A DNA stretch of 64,000 bases from Paragordius varius (lineage: Eukaryota; Animalia; Nematomorpha), in NCBI GenBank assembly GCA_964247055.1, contig OZ176054.1, positions 12,586,001 to 12,650,000 of the forward strand, written 5' to 3'. Made by a program: the position numbers and the translations under genes. Below, in pieces: positions 54,101 to 64,000 of this stretch (its first letter is position 1; each line of letters opens with the position of its first letter). Below the pieces are notes generated by a model. It had not been told where the DNA came from. It worked only from the letters and a program-made list of their open reading frames with translations, and searched no databases.

Positions 54101-56039
54101 TATTTTAAAATTTATATTGTATGTTTTCTTACAACCGAAATTTGGATTTTCTCACAAAGCTATAGGTAATAAACTAAATACTTTGCATATATATAATCTT
54201 ACTCACAGGCTTTATCCAAAAATGGGTACACATTTAAAAACAATAATTCGCTAAATTTTAAAATATTTAACAGAAAAAGATTGCAAGGCGAAGGGTTTAA
54301 GCCTTTTAATTTTACGTTTAAAAGTTTTTATTATTTTTCGGCGCAGCGACCGAATATACTGGACACGGCTGAGGAAAACCTTATAATACTAATAACTGTT
54401 AAAATTGGTTAGCGGCCCTTATAGTTTTTTGTGGGCTCTGTTTTATTTTCATTAAATATTTTTATGTAATTTAAACTAAAATATCTGCTTTGTCAATATT
54501 ATACGGGGTGCCCTCCTACATAAAAATATTTGGCCCATTTAATATATTTTTAAACACATACTGATATATGTGTTTTATAAATGTAAACCGGTTCACCCAA
54601 ATCCCCTAATTAAAAAACCAATGTAAGAAGAAATTTCATTAAGGCAAGCCTTATTACTCTTCTGATTTAAAACCTTTAATATATTTACTTTTTACTTATG
54701 CAGATTTGTGTGCGGTTGATTTGCTATCTCCCATAAAGCTAAACAATGTTACCTTAAAATCATGGTACTTAGTATAATATTATTTCTATTTACTTTTTTG
54801 ACTAGTAGCACTGCACACCAGGGTATATCAAAATCCTGATGAAATATATATATATATATATATATATGTATAGTGATGGTTAACATTGAGATTTCATGTT
54901 GGGGGCAAGTTATATAAAAACATTATTTTACTTTTGTGGTAATTGTTTGATATCGTAAAATTAAAATATTAGCGCATATTAGGTTTAATAAATATTATTT
55001 GGTAAAAGCAACCTTCATTTCAAAAAATATCACTAAAATATATATAAGTAACTATTATAAAATGCAATATATATTTTAATAATTTTTAGATGTGGGCTCC
55101 ATCCATAGGTCTCAAATTTTTGCCCACCCTATAAAATAGGCTATTATTCCTAAATGAACGCAAAAATGCCGAAATTTCCCAGGAATTTTCTTTATAAAGG
55201 CTAGATTATGGCATTAAAATAATATATTTTAAATCCATAGTTTGTTTAAATTATCTTCATGCTATTTTAAGGATGTTGGAAACGGTATAAAAACGCTTTA
55301 ATACATTATAAAAGCATATTTTCTAGTTTAATTTATGATTCCAAATATTTCTATGGCTTAAGTTTAATTTAAATGTTCGTTTTAAAAAAATTAAATTTTG
55401 AAAAAGTCATTTTTTAAAAAATGGTTTTTGATATCAAAATTTAGCTGATATTTAAAATTTTTATCGCGCAATCCCGGCATTTTCGTGTATTTTGAAAGGA
55501 ATATCCTATTTTAAAAGAGAAAAAAAATTGGTACTTTAGGAGCCCACATATAAAAATTAAAAATTTTGAAAATATTGTTTTTTATATGTAATTTATGATC
55601 TATTTTAGTAATATTTTGGAATGAAGCATTTAGCTTCCACCAAAAAAATTATTTAAAAAATGTGCGCAAATTTTGCCATTTTCTAATACGAATTCCTACA
55701 AAAGTGATAATAACTTTCTTATATCAGAAGGGCCAAAACCAAAAGAACCATATTAATTCTGAATTTTTATATCAGATTATATATATTTCATCAGGTTATA
55801 ACGCCCCGATTTCGGACACAGTGTAATAAATGAGAACAATGTTTGAGAATTAAATTCTAATTAAAATGACATGCAAAACAGTAGCTCATTATCGAAATTG
55901 AGATAGGGGACATAAAACTAACTACATTGTAGACAAAAAAGTAAACAGGTCATAAGTGTTAATGACCAAGTATGAAACAAGGCTTCGAACCGACATCTTA
56001 TAAAACAAGAAAAATTCTCACCCCGGTTTTATTTTAAAT

Positions 56040-56830
56040 ACTAAGGAACCGGTTCGATTTCGGTTCCAACCGTCCAAAAACTATTTCGGTTCTTATTTCA
56101 CCTCCAAAATAAGTTCCCGTTTAATAAAAATAATTTATTTTTTTAAAATAATTATTTAATATTGATTGCATAATTACATCTTTTTAGTTTTTCATCAGAA
56201 TGTAATGGCCACCATAATTTTAAAATTTTTTATTTAAATGTTATTTTTTTAAAAAAATTGATCAATTGAAATTATTATTCTGTTGGCAATTTGTGAATAT
56301 CTTACTTGTGACATAGAAAAGAACCACAATCATTATATTTACGTTGATTTTTAATAGATACTGATTAAGAACATTTACTTCTTTAATTGATAAATCTGGT
56401 AAAAATCTAAAAACTATAGCGTCCATAATCAATTACTTAAACGTTAAAAGAACCCACTATATATTAGTACAAACCGCGGCTTACGGGCCTCATGAGATCC
56501 TTATGATTTTTTGGACACAGATTTGAAATTTTATCATGAAGGTTGCATTAGCGATAATAGCTCACACATTGAAAGAAATTTTCCACGCTAAATTTTATAT
56601 TTTCAGATCTGAGAAGTATTCTGACGACCGAATTGCTTGCTGCAATCATTTTAAGTTCAAAGGTTTCCATCGATGCAACAGTTAAATACAAATACACTGT
56701 TTTATGCATTTGTGTAGGGATTTTTTTGATATATTATGTTTTGATTTACAATTTATGAGATTTTAGTTAATATTAGATAAAAATTTAATAAAAATCTAAA
56801 AAATGCAGGAACCAAAACGGAACCGGCTTC
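56040..56830 (+). mobile_element. hAT relic with the C-terminal dimerisation domain
   Basis: GAACCGG subterminal repeats at both ends. Relic peptides HIERNF and DLRSILTTELLAAIIL at ~56490-56665. Confidence 0.55.
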
Positions 56831-58519
56831 AGATACAATTTGATCCAAATTTTGAGTTTTATATACCTCTTTAATATTTAGGGGTCTTAATATATCCGAA
56901 AAATCATACTACCTACACCGAGATAATACAAATATTATTTGGTCAGTTCGTACAAATTGTGTACCGTTTCTGGGAGATTTGTGCAAGCATGAAATCGAAG
57001 CGAATAAGTTGGATGATTTAATATCTATTTGGAAAAATCTGAAAAACGAGGTTGTATTACATTTTATATTGGCATTAAACCTTTATAACTACTCTGGAAA
57101 TGCAGATATTTATTAATTATATGACTCAATGGATAAAAACTGGAATAAAATATAAATTAAGTTAAAACATAATATACAAAAAGAAATGCTTCAAGTGTGG
57201 TGCTTTTATTTGGTAAAAATAGAAGAATAAAAGTGCATTGAGGCAAATTTTCAGTAAACCCGTGGAATCATTAAATTTAAGAATAAAATTTTTTTAAGAA
57301 TTTGCCGAACATAGATATATCACCCTATAAAAACACTAAGACCTAGTAATAGTTTTGGTATAGTTGCAATATTTCGCCCTTTTATAAATGGAGAGAGTCC
57401 AGCGTCTATTAAATAACCACCGCCTATAAAAAACGAAACTTTGAAGCGTTTTATCACAAGTTATGAGCGTCCGAAAATAGCTACAAATATTTTCCGTATA
57501 TAAATTAACTAAAATTAAACTATCGATAGACCATAACCATATGTGAATATAATCATATAAAAATAATCTAACTTCAATTTTTTTTAAGAAAGGTTATGGG
57601 ATCATATGGATTCAATATTGCCATTTAAAACAATCTAGTATAAAGAATAAATTTCAAAATTATGATGTTATTTATAATATGATAGGAAAATGTATCCGAT
57701 TCATGATGCTTTTTTGGTCCTTACTAGTCATTTAAAAAGATTTTCACACTTTTGTGGTAACTGCTTGTGGTGACTCGAGAAACCGCAAAACAATAATATT
57801 TATTGATATAAATTACAAAAACTAAACTATATAAAATTTGCGATGTTTATATACTTTTTGTGAATATAATATTTACACGTTGAACCAAGGTAAAATAACC
57901 GGTGCAGGTTAAATACAAAATTGATACAATAGTTTATTTCAAATACTAAGAGGTCATCAAAAATGTATTCAAATCTAATATATAAAATCTAGTCTAAGGT
58001 TAGCTAATCTATCATATCTCCTTATCCGAATCCGAGCTGATCTGGTGCTTTTCTTTCCCTAAGAGAATATCTTTTTTCAGATTCTTTCTCAGTTGTCGTT
58101 TCCGTTTTCATTTCACACTGGGTGTCTTTCTCATTTTCTTTTTGTTTGCTTTGTTCATCCCCCACCTCCCGATTATTGATTGTAATACATTCATCCGTTT
58201 GGTTTATCGTTGGACCACCATCATCCCGGCCGTAATTGATCCGCATGTTTGCGAAGGGTTCGATTTCCATCTTTTACCGGGTACGAGAGTACCTTCTCCA
58301 AAGTTGAACTTTTTCGCCACCCTAAACTGATTTCATTCTTTATGTACACTTCTTCGTCCGGTGTGAAAACTTGATTGGGTATGATGTCGTCATCTAATTA
58401 TTGTGAAGTGTTTCCCTAACCCAAGTGAAAGGGGTATTAATAGTTCTTTTGAGAAAAAAGTTATAGGGGCACTCTTTTGTGGCGCTATGTACGGCGGAGC
58501 GATAACCCCATAGCACTTG

Positions 58520-61210
58520 ATTTATTTTTTGTCAGGAGGCAGCTTAGAATCCGTTAGCGATTTATAGTGTACTTTTAAGGTGTAAAAGACACGTTCCACC
58601 AGCCCATTTGTTCGTGGATGATAGGGGGCACTAGTGACATTTTTAATGTTTATTCGTTGCAAGGTATATTTAAAATCCTTTGATGCAAAATATGATGCAT
58701 TATCGATTATCATTCAGGGAAATCCGTACCTTACACACCAAATTTCAAACCAATGTAATATGTTTGCGGAATTAACATTTCTCAGCAACTCGACTTCAAC
58801 CCATCTAGGTACTATCGATAGCTACTAACCAATAAAACCCATCAATAGGACCGGCAATATCCAGATGTATCCGTTCCCAGATACCCGTATTAAAATTCCT
58901 TTTGTACGTGGAATAGCTTTTTATGTTACTCCGGTTTAACTCCCATATCTCACATAACTTTCGGTGTCTATGTTTATACCTGGCCAACAGAACCCTTGCC
59001 TTGGCAGACTCTTTCATAACATTAGCCCCTGAATGTCCAAAATGCAAAAATTTTAACGTTTCATTGCGCCACGCCCTGGGAATAAAAAGACGATCGCTCC
59101 AATACAACAAACCATATGATTCTTGTATTATGTTTCTTATACTCAATATCGAATTTAAAATTGGAGATGACCAATCATTATGATGTAGAGCCGCTTGTAA
59201 TGTCAACAACTCATCCCGTAAAGTATTTTTTTTTGATTCGCTGTACGTTTAAGTTGTCTGTTGTTAAGTTGATTTGCCCTACTGGGTGCTTGCTCCTCAA
59301 CCTCCTCAGTCGGTTCTTCATACGGTAGACGTGATAACCATTCCGCCAAATTTTCCGAATATTGTATATTAAAATTATAATCGGCTGTTCTGAGTATCCA
59401 TCTTACTAATCTACTATTGTTAATATTACTTATATCTCTCTTAAAGTCAAACAACTTGATTAGGGGTTTATGATCGGCTAATAATACGAACTTTCTGCCA
59501 TACACAACCATTTTAAACTTTTCTAGCGCATATAAAATTGCCCTTGCTTCTTTTTCAATCACCGAGAAATGCCTTAGCACATTTTCGAGACGCAAAAGCT
59601 ATCGGCCGTTTTCCATCACTTGTCATATGTGTAAAGACTGCTCCGAATCCGTCATTCGATGCGTCTGTTTCCAAAACTAACGGAAGCGTCGGGTTAAATT
59701 GTATTAGACATAATGCATTACTCACCAACAGTTTAGCTATATCAAAAACCATCTCTTCTTTTGTCGACCAACACCATTTCTTAGAACCTGTAAGCGCATG
59801 TAAATCCGCGATCGTAGCATGCAAGATGGAATAAAACGAGCGTCAAAATTTAATATTCCCAAAAAAGACCGGAGTAATGTTTTATTGGTAGGTGTAGGTC
59901 AATTCGAAATTGCTTTTACCTTTTCGTTATCAGGTTTAATTCCTTTGTCTGAAATTATATATCCTAAGTATGACACTGAGCAACGAGTTAATTGGATTTT
60001 ATCCCTTTTCAATTTCAAACCCACAGCAGCTAATTTGTTCAACACTTTTTCTAAGTTATCCTTATGCTCCATTACCGTTGTTCCACTATTAATTACATCA
60101 TCTAAGTAAACCGCCGTACCTGGACAATCTTTTAATAACTCATCCATAATTTGTTGAAATATCGTGGGTGCACTAGATATTACAAATAGCAGTCTTTTAA
60201 ATCGAAAAAGACCTATATGCGAACTAAACCTGAGTAAATGTTGATAATTTTGGTGGATAGACATTTGCGAATAGGCTTCTTTTAGATCTAGGGTCGTTAA
60301 AACTTTTCCCTGCCCGATTTGAAACACTAACTGATCAAACGTTGGACTCAAATGATTGACAGGAACCAGACTTGGGTTAACAGTAACTCTAAAATCACCA
60401 CATATGCGAATATCATTATTATTCTTCTTAACTATCACCAACGGAGTTACCCAGTCAATTCGTGTTTGCGAGGTGTTTATGGCCTCAATGATACCCAGAC
60501 TTTAAGGCCTTTTCAATTCACTCTCCACCTTAGACTGAAGAGGGATAGGTACCCTCTTGGATGCAAATCTTTTGGACATACTCCCTTTTTAAAGAAACAA
60601 CTTGATGGGTGGTCTCGTATAACACCCAATACCCTCACAACAAATCCTTAAATTTATTTAAATCCACATAACTAACATTCTTACACAGAGAGCATCTGGA
60701 AATCTACATTGAAAACTTTTCATTCACGGTAACCCAAATATGTTACCCCAATGTTTGACCATACCATTCCATTTAACATCCACCACGCATTGTCTCATCA
60801 TCTCTACACCTTGCATCCACGTGCTTTTCCCAATCAATGATATTTGAGCTCCGGTATCGTACAACATCCTCACCCAATGGCCATTTAGTCTTGCTTGCGT
60901 TCGGGCTTTATTATTATTATTGTTACCATTCACTATATTAACTCGCCGGCAACACCTGCCAAAATGACCTCGTCCTTTGCATCGGTAACACTCTTTGTTT
61001 GAAGTGGAACACCAGTTGATCGCATACACGTACCCACATTTTCCACACTTCTTTTTTATTATCATCACCTGCCTATTGTCCGAACCCTGTTCAATAAAAC
61101 AACTATCCGCCTTTTCGTACGACATTGCCATTTCTACCATCCTTTCCAACTTAACAGGTTTCCCATCAGACATTTCATCTGGAAATTTCGTGAACAGATC
61201 TATCTCCAAT
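58520..61210 (-). pseudogene. Fragmented gag-pol: CCHC knuckle, protease (LYDTGA), RT (YLDD), RNase H (LETDASN), integrase (IIDN...YHPRTNGLVER)
   Basis: ORF track pieces 60724-61209, 59899-60441, 59555-59824, 59203-59595, 58805-59209 and 58522-58713. Confidence 0.9.
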
Positions 61211-62059
61211 CTTTTGAGTTGTATCCTGTTACGTTGGAGATGGTGGTAGAAATGTCAATGGCGTACGAAAAGGCGGATAGTTGTTTGATTGAACAGGGTT
61301 CGGACAATAGGCAGGTGATGATAATAAAAAGAAGTGTGGAAAATGTAGGTACGTGTATGCGATCAACTGGTGTTCCGCTTCAAACAAAGAGTGTTACCGA
61401 TGCAAAGGACGAGATCATTTTGGCAGGTGTTGCCGGCAAGTTAATATAGTGAATGGTAACAATAATAATAATGAAGCCCGAACGCAAGCAAGACTGAATG
61501 GCCATTGGGTGAGGTGTTGTACGATACCGAAGCTCAAATATCATTGATTGGGAAAAGCACGTGAATGGAGCTTGGAAGGCCGACCTTAGCACCCGCGGGT
61601 CCAATAATTGGGTTCAACCATCAAGGTATAGAGGTGATGGCACAATGCGTGGTAGATGTTAGATGGAATGGTATGATCAAACAGTTGGAATGTATGGTTA
61701 CCACGGTGGATAGGGGTAATTTTGGGTTACCGTGGATTAAAAGTTTTCAATGTAGATTTCCAGATGCTGTCTGAGTAAAGAATGTTAGTTATGTGGATTT
61801 AAATAAATTTAAGGATTTGTTTTGTGAGGGTATTGGGTGTTACACGGGACCACCCATCAAGTTGTTTCTAAAAAAGGGAGTATCCACAAAAGATTTGCAG
61901 CTAGGAGGGGCCTATCCCGCTTCAGTCTAAGGTGGAGAGTAAATTAGAAAGCTTGGTCTTGGTATCATTGAGGCCATAAATCCCTCTCAAACACTAATTG
62001 ACTGGGTAACTCCGTTGGTGATAGTTAAGAAGAATAATAATGATTCGCAAATGTAGTGA
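60395..62059. repeat. Long inverted duplication inside the Gypsy (arms ~60395-61160 and ~61226-62059)
   Basis: The right arm is the reverse complement of gag/PR/early RT, about 90-96% identical by eye, with a ~65-bp spacer. Confidence 0.92.
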
Positions 62060-64000
62060 CTCGAAAAACCGTAAAACAATAATATATTGATATAAATTAC
62101 AAACTAAACTATATAAAATTTGCGGTGTTTATATACATTTTGTGAATATAATATTTACATGTTAAACCAAGGTAAAATAACGTGTGCAGATACAATAGTT
62201 TAATTTAAATACTAAAAGGTCATCAAAGATATATTCAAATCTAATATATAAATTTGTCTGGTCTAAGGTTAGCTAACTGATGTATTAAAATCTAGCACTG
62301 CTTCATAACAAAAATGACAAAATTTGCCCATTTTGCTCAATAAAATATTTTTCGTGAAAGCAAAATGCCTTCTTGAAATTACTACTAAAACTACATATAA
62401 AGGCAAAACAATATTTTTAAACTATTTTTAGATGTGTAACCATAAGTTCTAAATCGTTTTGCCCTTTTAAAGTGGGCTAAAATAAACGCAAAAATGTCGA
62501 GATTGCGCTTAAAAATATTAAATTTTGACATCAAAAAATGATTTTTTCCATAAATTTTTTTATAAATTTTAATTCAGAGCAAAATTTTGTTGAGGCACGA
62601 TGCAAACGGAAAAATGCTATAAGATGTTAACACTTTTTCTACATAATTCGATAATGCATTATTACCGAGATTTTTGATTTGAAGGTTCGTTTGCTTTTTT
62701 GATAATTTGTTGTAAAAATATTTACATTTAACATAAGTTTACTACGAGCGAATTTTTAAATCAAAATTCTGAGGTGAATATTTGGCTTTTTATACAAAAA
62801 GTTTTTAATAATTTTCTTAAAGCGTTAAACCGTTTCATGCCTCAAAATATAATAAAGTGCACTACAACAAAATTTTGTTAAATCATTAAGCAAAATATTA
62901 ATTTTCGCAAAAAACTAGTCTCTGCATTCTTCTTTCCCAGTTTAGGGGAAAAAATCGGCATACATGTTTAGCTTTTATATGCAGTTTATGATACAATGAT
63001 ATTTTTGGAATGATTTAGCTTTTACCAAAGCGCAAATTTTGTCATTTTCTAATATGGAATAGTTACCACAAAAGTGTTAACCAAATACAAAATCGCCATG
63101 ATAATTCTGATACATTTCCCTATCAGAATATATATATATATATATATATATATATTTCATCAAGATATTTGTGGATACTGTAGGAAAGCTTCTGAAAGGA
63201 TTTTTAGGACAGCTCAGAAGTTTTTAACATGCTTAGGGCTGCACCTCATGGTAAATTGGCATGGGTGTAGCTAGCTCCGTGATGGCGCCCCTTCCCCTCC
63301 ATGCGACCCGTTGCATTTTAAAAAAATATTTAAATTCAAACCGTGGTCTTGATCACTAATAAATGGGTGATTTTTTTATGTATTAATTAAAATAATAATT
63401 TTTAAATACCTATTTTTTTAAAACAAAACTAAAAATTGCTAAAATCCACCCCTTCAACTATGGCACCCGTTTCCCCCCTATTGCTAGGCCCATGTAACTT
63501 AGCCTTAAAACATATTGTGTTTGTGACTAAATCATTTTCAGTGTATTGCAGAAGAAAATATATAATCATATTTGCTAATGATAATGTTGAATATATCACA
63601 GCCTGTATTTAAATAAATATGTTGTGCCATATTTGTATAGATATATATTGATGTTTGGGGTCCAAAGTATTACATTGAAAAGGTGTGTGGAACTCGTACC
63701 TTTACGTCAAATATCTTTTCCCACCAGATAAATAGGGAAGAAACTTGTGTGAACATTTCTACCTTGTATGACAACCTGATTGTCCCGAATCTGCGATATA
63801 TACGGGTTCATATTATATATATATAGAGTGAATTGAATAGCGGCAAAACGTATAATTGATTGTTTTACCAATGCTATGATTTTCAGTTTTAAGAATTAAC
63901 CAATGAACAATTCAAATACACTCTCGAACAATCTAATTTCACCATCGAACAATTCATATTCACCCTTATATGTTTTTAGGATTAAATATTATCTATATTT

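Larger units (their letters stand above)
57766..62297 (-). mobile_element. Gypsy LTR retrotransposon (Mag-like), rearranged
   Basis: LTRs at 57766-58014 and 62052-62297 (TG...CA). 5-bp TSD CTGCT. PPT at ~58015-58030 on the minus strand. Domain order gag-PR-RT-RH-IN. Confidence 0.93.

Noticed and set aside
58022-58270. 82-aa charged ORF as a separate gene
   Set aside because: It lies inside the Gypsy just before the PPT, and RYSLRERKAP is a typical post-integrase tail.

Overview
This is a very AT-rich (roughly 25% GC by eye) animal genomic window made mostly of transposable-element relics, with no prokaryotic features, RNA genes or CRISPR arrays. One host gene is well supported: a minus-strand RNF43/ZNRF3 (PLR-1)-like PA-domain transmembrane E3 ligase. 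Its first two coding exons (5982-5467 and 3206-3081) splice in phase 0 at positions matching the vertebrate genes as I recall them; the remaining exons were not found. The other ~58 kb holds: two decayed Buster-type hAT transposons with TSDs; several RTE LINE relics; a 1.5-kb non-autonomous Gypsy-derived element with apparently identical LTRs; a 4.5-kb Gypsy with an internal ~0.8-kb inverted duplication joined to its LTR through 8-bp microhomology; a Helitron-like tandem array; and many palindromic MITE families. Some elements are nested three deep. A series of short, mostly symmetric phase-1 exon candidates on the minus strand between the TEs may be an unannotated micro-exon gene (speculative). 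All identities are estimated by eye.
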